A DNA stretch of 64,000 bases from the NCBI GenBank assembly GCA_963847705.1, contig CAWKBC010000027.1:448001-512000 (forward strand). Direction: 5' to 3'. Positions 46,785-54,737 of the stretch are shown piece after piece. Below the pieces are notes generated by a model. The model saw only the letters and a program-made list of their open reading frames with translations. It was not told where the DNA came from and searched no databases. Position 1 is the first letter of the stretch. Each line of letters starts with the position of its first letter. Origin of the DNA: an uncultured Pseudomonadota bacterium. GTDB lineage: Bacteria > Myxococcota_A > Polyangia > Fen-1088. The position numbers were made by a program, and so were the translations under genes.

Positions 46785-48475
46785 GGTGCGCGCGACGAAA
46801 CCGCACATGCCTCGCCGGCGCGCTCGTGTTCGGGGCGATCGGGTGGCTGCAGATCGGTTGCACCTTCTCGGGCTCGAACGGCGGGGCGGCGGGTGCGTCG
46901 TCTTCACCTTCGCCGTCATCGACCGTTGTCTCTCCCTGCACCGGCATCTGCGCCGATTTCCCCACCGCGCCGATCGTGACCGGGGGTGCGCCAGCCGGCG
47001 CGCCGTCGATGTTCGCCGGCAGCGGCAACGCGCCGGCCCCGTGTCTCACCGAGCCCGAGGACGGTTCGCTGTTCCCCAATAACTGGCTCCGCCCGCGCGT
47101 GAAGGTGAGCGCGCCCGGCGCGACGCTGTTCGAGTTCCGCTTCAAGAGCCCGATGCAGGCGAACGATCTGGTCGTCTACACGGCCAGCGACAACTGGGCG
47201 ATGGACGAGACGACCTGGCTGGCGCTGGCCACGCATGTGGTCGACTCCCCCATCACCGTCACGGCGCGGACGCTCGGTCCCTCCGGACTGTCGGCGGCCA
47301 GCACGGCGTCGTTCACCATCGCACCCGTCGGCGCGTCCGGGCAGATGGTCTACTGGGCGCTGCGCGGCTTCGACGCCTCGAACACCGACAACGAAGAGCT
47401 GTTCGGGTTCAGCGTGGGCGACGCGTCCGTCACCTCGGTCCTCAAGGTCGCCCAGGTGCAGGAGAACGCCAGCGGGGTTTCGGTCGGGTGCATCGGCTGC
47501 CACACCGCCACGCCGGACGGCTCGTACGTCGGGTTCACCGGCAACTATCCCTGGCCGAACGCGCTCGCCTCCGTCGAGCCGGCGACGGTGGGGGCGATGC
47601 CCAGCTTCCTCGGTGCCGACGCGCAGAACACGCTGACGACCTACTGGCACGGCATCATCACCTTCTCGGCCGGGCACTGGACCGACGGCGATCGCATCGG
47701 GATCACGACGCAGAGCACGCAGGCGGTCGATCCGCAGGCGAGCCTGCTCTGGATGGAGCTCGGCACGGGGACCTCGGGCACCATCGCCCGGCAAGGAGAT
47801 CCGAACGGCGCCTGCGCGCCCAGCTTCAGCCACGACGGGACGCAGATCGTCTACACCTCGACCAACGCCAATCAGGACGGGCGCCTGGGCGTCGGGACCG
47901 CGGACCTCTACACCGTCCCCTACGCGGGCGGGGCGGGTGGGCCGGCCACCCCGATCGCGGGCGCGGCGCAGGCGGACGCGGCGGAGTACTACCCCGCCTT
48001 CTCGCCCGACGACGCGCTGGTCGCGTTCAACCGGCTCCCCCAGAGCAGCGCCAGCGTCACGCCGACCGGCCAGCCCTACGACGGCGGGATGTACTTCAAC
48101 CCGGCGGCCGAGGTCTGGGTGATCCCCTCGGCGGGCGGCACCGCGGTCCGGCTGGCGGCCAACGATCCGCCCGCCTGCACGCCGCCGGTCATCCCCAACA
48201 CCGTCGTCTATCCGACCACGACCGGCTGGGACAACTCGTGGGCCAAGTGGTCACCCGACGTCGGGATGGCCAACGGCAAGAGCTACTACTGGGTGATCTT
48301 CTCCTCGTACCGCTACGACGTCTCGCCGCCGCGCGGACAGCTCTACGTGACCGCGGTGGTGAAGACGGAGCTGACTCTGGAGACCTACCCGGCGATTTAC
48401 CTGTGGAACCAGGACCTGACCACCAGCAACCACACGCCCGCCTGGGACTCGTTCAAGATCGCGCCCATCGACTGA
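46781..48475 (+). CDS. Lipoprotein with TolB/PD40-like beta-propeller and CIGCH motif
   Basis: GTGA overlap with the upstream stop; lipobox QIGC; EP.DGSLFPNN, MVYW, CIGCHT.TPDG, PSFSHDG, YYPAFSPD, NSWAKWSP, TTSNH; paralog of 22285-24270. Confidence 0.8.
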   Translation: MRCARRNRTCLAGALVFGAIGWLQIGCTFSGSNGGAAGASSSPSPSSTVVSPCTGICADFPTAPIVTGGAPAGAPSMFAGSGNAPAPCLTEPEDGSLFPNNWLRPRVKVSAPGATLFEFRFKSPMQANDLVVYTASDNWAMDETTWLALATHVVDSPITVTARTLGPSGLSAASTASFTIAPVGASGQMVYWALRGFDASNTDNEELFGFSVGDASVTSVLKVAQVQENASGVSVGCIGCHTATPDGSYVGFTGNYPWPNALASVEPATVGAMPSFLGADAQNTLTTYWHGIITFSAGHWTDGDRIGITTQSTQAVDPQASLLWMELGTGTSGTIARQGDPNGACAPSFSHDGTQIVYTSTNANQDGRLGVGTADLYTVPYAGGAGGPATPIAGAAQADAAEYYPAFSPDDALVAFNRLPQSSASVTPTGQPYDGGMYFNPAAEVWVIPSAGGTAVRLAANDPPACTPPVIPNTVVYPTTTGWDNSWAKWSPDVGMANGKSYYWVIFSSYRYDVSPPRGQLYVTAVVKTELTLETYPAIYLWNQDLTTSNHTPAWDSFKIAPID

Positions 48476-48537
48476 CAGCTATTTCTGACCCTCGACCGCG
48501 ATTTGCGAGCACTTCGTCGGAGAGGTCTCCCATGCGT

Positions 48538-49950
48538 CTAGAACGCGGCGCAGGCGGTGTCGCCGCCTGGCAGCGACGCGCAGCTCGCGGCGCAGGCGGT
48601 GTCGCCACCTGGCAGCGACGCGCAGAGCGTTCCGGCGCAGCAACTGGATGCGTCGGTGCCGCAGGGATCGCCGGTGGCCGCGCAGGTGGGTCCCGCCGTC
48701 GGTCCCGAGAGCTGGGTGCAGACCCGCGCGCCGACCGGGCCGAGGCAGAGGCCGGCGCAGCAGTCGTCGGGCGCGACGCAAGGGGCGCCGAACGGTGCGC
48801 AGCTGCTGGCACAGGTGAGCGTGCCGGTCGTGTCAGGCAGGCACCGTCCGCGGCAGCACTGCGCCGCCACGGAGCAGGGGAGCCCCTCGGTGAGGCAGGC
48901 GGCGCCGGCCGATCCGAGGCAGCGGAGGGTGCCATTCGTGTCGGCGCGACAGCTGTCGGCGCTGCTGGCGCAACAGTCCGACGACTTCATGCAAAGCTCG
49001 CCGATGGCAAGGCATCCCTTCGGCATCGGGGACGGCGCCATCGGAGCGGGCGTGGGAGCGCAGCGCGCGGCGCCGTCGGGCGCGGCCATGCAGCTCCCGG
49101 AGCAGCAGTTCTGGGGGGTGGCGCAACGCTCCTGGTCCGGGCTGCAGCCAGAGGCGGCGCTGCAGCGAGACGGTCCCGTCGCCGACGCCTGGCAGCGCCC
49201 CGAGCAACAGTCCTTGTCGGTGGCGCAGAGCTCGAACGCCGGATGACAGCCGGGGAGGGCCTGACAATTGCTGGCGGCGTCCGGTCCGCTCATGCAGGTG
49301 CCCCCGCAGCAGTCGGAGGCAGAGCCGCAGGCCTCGCCGGCGACACGGCAGAACGGCAACAGCTGGCAGGTGGCCACGCTCCCTTCGCCCTCTCCGTCCG
49401 GCACGCAGAGCTGGCCGCAGCAGTCGGCGTTGGTGGCGCAGATCTCTCCGGCGGGACGACAGCCAGGCCCGGCCGCGGCGCAGACGCCGGCCATGCAGGC
49501 GCCGTCGCAGCAGTCGCCGTTGGTCGCGCAGCTGCCGCCGGCGGGCGCGCAGGCCGGCTCGCCGCAGATGCCATCGAGGCACCCGAGCGAGCAACAATCG
49601 CTCGGGCGCGCGCAGGGTTGCTGGTCCGACGCGCAGCCGACGGGGTCGAGGCAGATGAGATTCCCGTCGCCGGTCGGATCGATCCCGCAGAGGAACGAGC
49701 AACAGTCGGCGTCGAGGCGACAGGCGGAGCCGTCCCCCTGGCAGACGGTGAGCGGCGCGCAGCTCCCGGCCTGGCAGAGGCCCGAACAGCAGTCGGCGGC
49801 GCCGCCGCACGCAGCTCCGTTGGCGCTGCACGCGGCGACAGGGCGAGGGCGGGGGTTGGTCAGCTCGACGTCGCGCCGGCAGCCGAGGGCCGACCCCAAG
49901 GCCAACCCCGCGAGCAGCGCAGCGATGCGGGCCCTCTGCGCTGGCGTCAA
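48538..49950 (-). CDS. Lipoprotein with 12 tandem knottin-like (C-X6-C-X5-CC-X3-C-Xn-C) repeats
   Basis: Lipobox ALGC; units such as CSANGAACGGAADCCSGLCQAGSC; TTGA overlap with the anti-sigma stop. Confidence 0.8.
   Translation of the reverse strand: MTPAQRARIAALLAGLALGSALGCRRDVELTNPRPRPVAACSANGAACGGAADCCSGLCQAGSCAPLTVCQGDGSACRLDADCCSFLCGIDPTGDGNLICLDPVGCASDQQPCARPSDCCSLGCLDGICGEPACAPAGGSCATNGDCCDGACMAGVCAAAGPGCRPAGEICATNADCCGQLCVPDGEGEGSVATCQLLPFCRVAGEACGSASDCCGGTCMSGPDAASNCQALPGCHPAFELCATDKDCCSGRCQASATGPSRCSAASGCSPDQERCATPQNCCSGSCMAAPDGAARCAPTPAPMAPSPMPKGCLAIGELCMKSSDCCASSADSCRADTNGTLRCLGSAGAACLTEGLPCSVAAQCCRGRCLPDTTGTLTCASSCAPFGAPCVAPDDCCAGLCLGPVGARVCTQLSGPTAGPTCAATGDPCGTDASSCCAGTLCASLPGGDTACAASCASLPGGDTACAAF
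48544..48625. repeat. 42-bp tandem duplication at the 3' end of the knottin-repeat gene
   Basis: Two 40-nt copies differing at one base; encodes CASLPGGDTACAA twice. Confidence 0.85.
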
Positions 49951-51383
49951 GGCTGCGCGCCGCTGCCCGCCAGTCGCTGCGCCGTCGCGACCCGCAGGCC
50001 GCTGGGAAACGTCTCCAGATAGCGCCGCGCCAGACGTCGCGCGCGCGCCAGTTCGCCCAGCGCCGCGGCGCTCTCCATCGAGCCGGCCAGCGCCTCCTCG
50101 CCCAGGGCCCCTTCCGGCGCCACACCGAGCGCCCGTTCATAGTCGCGGTGCGCCTGCCGCTTCCGCCCCTGCCGCTCTTCGATCTGCGCCGCGGCGTAGA
50201 GCGCGTTCTGCCGCATGGCCGCCGGCGCGCCGTGCCGGTCGAGCTGGTGATAGGCGGCCACCGCCTCGTCGAGCGAGCCCTCCTGGCGAAACGCCTCCGC
50301 GCGCAGATAGCGCAGCTCGTCCTGGCAGGCGATCAAGTTGGGGGCGCAGCTGCCCTCTCCAACGCGCGCCTCGTGGCTGCCGGCCGCGATCAGACGCAGG
50401 GCGTGGGCGGCGTCGCCGGAGCGCATGCTCCCGCGGGCGGCGCGCCCGGCCTCCTCGCAGGTGCGCACCACCGTCCCGCAGGTGGCAGCAGGCTGCGCTT
50501 CGGCGGTGGCGGAGGCGGCCGGCGCCAGGGCTGCGTCGGCCGCGGGTGGCGGTGGCGCCGCCGGCGTCGGCCAGGAGGCGCTCTCGCCGGCGCCGACGGG
50601 GCGCTCGCTCCCGTCGGCGAATCGCACCGCGACCCGGCCCTCGCTGACCCGGACCGAGGATCCGGCGGTCGTCGCGACGACCGCGAATTTCGTTCCCCGC
50701 ACCTCGACCCGCAGATCGGGCGTGGCCACCGCGAAGGTCTCGCCGGCCACCCGGTGCGCGACGGCGGCGTCGAGGGTCCCCGCCTCGAGCCGGACTTCCA
50801 CCGCGCGCGCCGTCCCGCCCAGCCGCAGGTGCGCCGGCCCCGCGATCCGCAACGTCGAGCCGCGAGCGAGGCTCAGCTCTGCCTCGGTCGCGGCCGCGAG
50901 CACGATCTCCCGGTCGGCCGGCAGGCCCGCCGTCACGGCCTGCGCTCGCCCGTCGATCGTGAGGGTGCCGGTGACGCGGGTGAGCGTCGCGTACCCGCGA
51001 TCCGTCGCCGAAGCGGCCGTCGGGCCGAGCGCGAGCGGCATCGAGGGCTGCCGCAGCGCCAACAAGACCACCGCCGCCCCGACGAACGTCAGCGCGGCCG
51101 GCACGAAGAGCCGCGGCCACCGTCGAGAACGGGGCGGCGCCGGGGTCGCCGTCTCGGCCGCCCCCAGCCGTTCGATCTCGACCTGCATCCGCCGGACGCT
51201 CATGGCGTCCGGCGCCTCGGGCGTGAGGCTGCGCATTTTCGGGACGGCGATGCGCCAGAAGGCGGCGCGCCTCCGGCAGTCCGCGCACCCCTCGATGTGC
51301 GCGTGGAGCCGTACGGTGGCGACCGGATCCATCCTTCCGTCGACCACGTCGACCAGACGGGCTTCGACCTCGGCGCAGTTCAC
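49947..51383 (-). CDS. Anti-sigma factor: zf-HC2, TM, FecR domain, C-terminal TPR
   Basis: HIEGCADC (HxxxCxxC), TM helix, F.V.TP...VEVRGT.F.V...V.V.EG.V.V FecR signature, A..YL..FP.G TPR end; GTGA overlap. Confidence 0.88.
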   Translation of the reverse strand: MNCAEVEARLVDVVDGRMDPVATVRLHAHIEGCADCRRRAAFWRIAVPKMRSLTPEAPDAMSVRRMQVEIERLGAAETATPAPPRSRRWPRLFVPAALTFVGAAVVLLALRQPSMPLALGPTAASATDRGYATLTRVTGTLTIDGRAQAVTAGLPADREIVLAAATEAELSLARGSTLRIAGPAHLRLGGTARAVEVRLEAGTLDAAVAHRVAGETFAVATPDLRVEVRGTKFAVVATTAGSSVRVSEGRVAVRFADGSERPVGAGESASWPTPAAPPPPAADAALAPAASATAEAQPAATCGTVVRTCEEAGRAARGSMRSGDAAHALRLIAAGSHEARVGEGSCAPNLIACQDELRYLRAEAFRQEGSLDEAVAAYHQLDRHGAPAAMRQNALYAAAQIEERQGRKRQAHRDYERALGVAPEGALGEEALAGSMESAAALGELARARRLARRYLETFPSGLRVATAQRLAGSGAQP

Positions 51384-51985
51384 GGCTGCCATCCCGTGCC
51401 GAGCCAGTCGGCCAGCTCTGGCCGGCGCTTGCATCGCCGTTCGATGTGGCGCCGGGCGTCGTGCACGCGAACCTTCACCGCGCTCACCGAGGCGTTGAGG
51501 ATCGCTGCCACCTCCTCCATCGAGTGCCCTTCGAGCACGTGGAGGACGAAGGCGGCCCGGCGCTTGGGGCGCATCTCGGCCAGCAGCCCCTCGAGGACGG
51601 CGATCTCCTCGCGCGCGGCCGCAATTCGCTCGGGGCCGGGTTCCTGGTTGGCGTGCTCGGCGGTCTCTTCGAGCGACAACGCCCGCGGCGGTCGCCGGCG
51701 TGCGCCGTGCATCGTGACCCGCACGGTGATCCGGGTCAGCCAGGTGGAGAAGAGCGCGTCGCCACGGAAGTCGGGGAGCGACCGGAAGGCCTCGACGAAG
51801 GAGGCCTGGACGAAGTCCTCGACGTCGGGCCCGGGTCCCGCCAGCCGCCGGACCACCCGGTGGACCAGGCCGACATAGTTGCGGAAGAGGTCGCGGAACG
51901 CCGCCGGATCGCGGCGTCGCGCCCGATCGACCAAGGCGGTGACGTCGGGGGTGGCCGATGGCGACGCGTCAGACACGGCCCTCAC
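51380..51985 (-). CDS. ECF RNA polymerase sigma factor (cassette 2)
   Basis: LV.RA...D..AF..L, VED.VQ..F..AFRSL..FRG...FSTWL.RI, EG.S.EEVA.IL......VK.R...AR; start placed downstream of motif A (alternatives 51976, 52039). Confidence 0.92.
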   Translation of the reverse strand: MRAVSDASPSATPDVTALVDRARRRDPAAFRDLFRNYVGLVHRVVRRLAGPGPDVEDFVQASFVEAFRSLPDFRGDALFSTWLTRITVRVTMHGARRRPPRALSLEETAEHANQEPGPERIAAAREEIAVLEGLLAEMRPKRRAAFVLHVLEGHSMEEVAAILNASVSAVKVRVHDARRHIERRCKRRPELADWLGTGWQP

Positions 51986-51993
51986 TTCAGTGC

Positions 51994-52028
51994 CAGTGGA
52001 GGGCGGTGCCAGGAAGGTTAGGAAAAAA
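51994..52028 (-). promoter_or_regulatory. Shared motif A, autoregulatory promoter candidate of ECF cassette 2
   Basis: TTTTTTCCTAACC-N16-CCACTG on the minus strand, 8 nt before GTG 51985. Confidence 0.75.
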
Positions 52029-52035
52029 GATTGGC

Positions 52036-53115
52036 TCATCGGAGCGCCACGCCAATCCCGGCGACCGCCGAGAGCTCGAAGCGCGACGTGTCGAGGACTG
52101 GCACCCCCGACACGTCGTAGCGCTCCCCGAGCAAGATGCCCAGCGCGCTCACCCGCGCGAAGAGCCAGGTGGTCTCCCAGGCCCGGAGGCGCCCCTCGGC
52201 TTCGCCTCCCAGTCCGACGATGACGTCATGCGTGGTGTGCACGGGCAGGGCGCTGGTCGGCGAGACGGTGGCGAAGGCCAGCTCGGCGCTCGGGCCGAAC
52301 AGCAGCTCGGCGCGACGCCTCGTCAGCCGCAGCAGCGCCGCCGCAGAGACAGGAATGATCGACATGACCGCGTCGACCCCGCCTCCCGCCGCGTGCAGTG
52401 AGCCGAGCGCGGCCGAGCCGAGCGTCAGCTCCAGCCACGGTCGCGGCAAGACGAGGCCGTTGACCGCCACCCCCTGCAGGACCAGCCCGCCGACGGGGAA
52501 GGAGACGATCGCATAGCCGGTCGCCAGCGCCAGATGGGTCGCGGGTCGCGCCTGGCGCTCGGGAAACTCCCGTGCGATCGAATCGGGGCCGCTGACCGTC
52601 GCGGTGGCGGGCGCTGTTTCGCGCCCGTCGTCGGGTGGCGCCGTGCCATCGTCGTTCGCCGCCAGCAGCCTGCCGACGGGCGATCCGGGTTGGAGCGCCC
52701 CGCGTGCCTCCGAAAACGTGGAACGCAGGATCGCCTGAATCTTCAGCGCGAGCGCCCGGTAGAGATCCTCATCGCGCACCGGTCGCCGCACGGCCGCCAC
52801 CAGCGCCTTGTCGGTGGCGAGATCGTAGAGCTCGACCTCGACCTCCCCGCGGGACTCGCGTTCGGCGCGCACGACGGCCGCGGCCCGCACCGATTCACCG
52901 AGGTGCCGCGCGTCGTCGAGTTGCCTGCGCAGATCGCCGCCCGCGGTGGCCGGCGCGACCTGGACGCGGATTCCGAAGTCGTCGAGATAGGTGCGCAGCG
53001 CGTCGGCGAGCCGCTGCGAATCGAGCGGAGCCGCGGCCGTCACCACCACGCTGTCGGGGAGCTCCGCCTGCGGGACGGCGAGCAGCGATGCAACGGCCAT
53101 CCAGACGCCCAGCAC
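52036..53115 (-). CDS. Exported protein: alpha/beta N-terminal domain, Pro-rich linker, beta-barrel-like C-terminus
   Basis: Short signal peptide; alternating beta-strands ending AGIGVALR; TAAACT 6 nt before GTG; lies directly upstream of the ECF gene. Confidence 0.7.
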   Translation of the reverse strand: MLGVWMAVASLLAVPQAELPDSVVVTAAAPLDSQRLADALRTYLDDFGIRVQVAPATAGGDLRRQLDDARHLGESVRAAAVVRAERESRGEVEVELYDLATDKALVAAVRRPVRDEDLYRALALKIQAILRSTFSEARGALQPGSPVGRLLAANDDGTAPPDDGRETAPATATVSGPDSIAREFPERQARPATHLALATGYAIVSFPVGGLVLQGVAVNGLVLPRPWLELTLGSAALGSLHAAGGGVDAVMSIIPVSAAALLRLTRRRAELLFGPSAELAFATVSPTSALPVHTTHDVIVGLGGEAEGRLRAWETTWLFARVSALGILLGERYDVSGVPVLDTSRFELSAVAGIGVALR

Positions 53116-53202
53116 CGCCCCAGTTTACGCGCGATCGCTCGGCCCAGACACAAGACATGCGTCAGGGCATGGCGCAAAGGATGCGCAAAGCAGCCGATTT
53201 GA

Positions 53203-53232
53203 TGAGCTGTGTCAGCGCGCCAGTGACACCTT
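53203..53232 (+). promoter_or_regulatory. Shared motif B variant (TGAGCT-N17-ACACCTT)
   Basis: Ends 7 nt before ATG 53240; same spacing as the other copies. Confidence 0.55.
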
Positions 53233-53239
53233 GTTGGTG

Positions 53240-54652
53240 ATGCGGGTGCGGAAGATCGGTCTCCGGCGACCCCCTCCGACTGCGGGGCTGCTCGGCTGCA
53301 TGCTCGCGTTCGGGGCCTGGTCGACAACCGGGCAGGCCGCGCGTGCGGACGCGCCGCCGGGATCGGCGGAGCGGCATCCCCAGCCGGGCGCGGGCGCGAT
53401 TCCGGCACCCGCCGGCGTGCCCGCGGCGTACGTGTTCACCCACCACGGTTGGTTTCATCCGTCCTGCGTGGTGCGCGTGCAGTCGGACGAGATCGTCGGT
53501 GCCGATCTGGTGGTTCGGGGAAAGAGCGACGGCGCCACCCACTACGCCTTCGCCCCCTGCGCCTACACGTGCTTCGATGTCCACGGGCGCGCGCTCGGCA
53601 TGGGTTCGGCGGCGCCGCCGGTCCATGCGCCGCCGCCGGCGGCCACGGCGACCTACGACGGGTACATCGTCTCCTACGAGTACGACGGCGGCATCAGGCC
53701 CGGCTCGACGCTGGTGACCGAGGAGATCGTCCCGCTGCCGCCCACCACCGTCGCCAACCAGGACATCGCCTTCTTCAACGACATCCTCACCACGGCCGGC
53801 GGCCGCGACATCCTGCAGCCGGTGCTCGACTTCAACGGCGAGACGCGGGGCAAGTGGTCGATCGAGAGCGAGCACTGCTGCCTCTCCGGCAACGACATGC
53901 AGACGACGCCCGTGGTCGTCGCCCCGGGCGACTCGATTCGCGGAACCGTCACCGGCGTCGGCTGCGGCACCGACGGCGTCTGCTCCGCCTGGAGCGTGAC
54001 GACCGCGGACGTGACGACCGGAAGGTCGACGACCCTGAACACCACGGCGCCGGGCGGCGTTCCCAACGGGGTCAGCCCCGCCTCACTCGAGACCTACGGC
54101 GTCACGTCGTGCGACATGTTCCCCGCGGGCGGCGAGACGACCTTCACCGGCAACACGCTCACGGATCCCGGCGGCAACGTTCAGACGCTGAAGTACCAGC
54201 TCATCAACTTCGATGACGTCGATCCCGAGGTTCCGACCGACTGCGGATACGGCGGCAAGACGTCGGGCGACAGCTTCACGCTGATCTATGGAGAGGTTCC
54301 GGCCGGGACCGACGGCGGGACCTCCACCGGCGGCGAGGCGGGCGGAGGGGAAGCCGGAGCAACAGGCGGCCACGGCGGCGAGGCGGGACACCAGGGTGGC
54401 GCGAGCGGCCAGGCCGGTGCCGGCGGTCGTGCGGGAACCGGCGGCGCCGGCGCCGGCGCCGGCGGCGCGGCCGGCGCCAAAGAGACGGGCGGCGCGGCGG
54501 GCGCGGGTGGAGCTTCCGGCGAGACCTCGGACTCCGGCGGGTGCTCATGCAGCACCGATGGTCGCGGTGGCGTGGCCTCGGGCTTCAGTCTTCTGATGAC
54601 CTCGATGCTCGTGGTCGCGTCGGTACGGACGCGGCGGAGGCGACGAGCGTGA
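53240..54652 (+). CDS. Exported beta-rich protein with Gly-rich stalk and MYXO-CTERM-like tail
   Basis: Signal peptide ARA; T..GWFHPSCV, ILQPVL, V.PGD.I.G, LETYGVTSC; GGCSC-TM-RRRRR. Confidence 0.75.
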   Translation: MRVRKIGLRRPPPTAGLLGCMLAFGAWSTTGQAARADAPPGSAERHPQPGAGAIPAPAGVPAAYVFTHHGWFHPSCVVRVQSDEIVGADLVVRGKSDGATHYAFAPCAYTCFDVHGRALGMGSAAPPVHAPPPAATATYDGYIVSYEYDGGIRPGSTLVTEEIVPLPPTTVANQDIAFFNDILTTAGGRDILQPVLDFNGETRGKWSIESEHCCLSGNDMQTTPVVVAPGDSIRGTVTGVGCGTDGVCSAWSVTTADVTTGRSTTLNTTAPGGVPNGVSPASLETYGVTSCDMFPAGGETTFTGNTLTDPGGNVQTLKYQLINFDDVDPEVPTDCGYGGKTSGDSFTLIYGEVPAGTDGGTSTGGEAGGGEAGATGGHGGEAGHQGGASGQAGAGGRAGTGGAGAGAGGAAGAKETGGAAGAGGASGETSDSGGCSCSTDGRGGVASGFSLLMTSMLVVASVRTRRRRRA

Positions 54653-54737
54653 AACGTCCCCGACGTGCGACGGGACAGATCCATTCTTGTTGTTACGAAC
54701 GTGAGAGACCTCCCCTGGACCCCCGGAGGGTCCCGAT

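Noticed and set aside
45084-49950. RiPP or metallothionein cluster suggested by Cys-rich ORFs
   Set aside because: The proteins are large lipoproteins with even-numbered Cys repeats typical of disulfide modules, and no modifying enzymes or peptide exporters are adjacent.
51986-52039. N-terminal extension MSQSFFLTFLAPP of the ECF sigma (ATGA overlap)
   Set aside because: The segment is occupied by promoter motif A and has atypical codons; a downstream GTG is more plausible, though read-through coupling cannot be excluded.
53170-53185. Sigma-54-like TGGCGC-N5-ATGC upstream of 53240
   Set aside because: Two mismatches to consensus, and motif B closer to the start explains the promoter better; not excluded but unsupported.
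54700-54737. CCCCTGGACCCCC palindromic-repeat-like remnant between convergent genes
   Set aside because: Single short occurrence with no clear match to the 79-bp unit; insufficient evidence.
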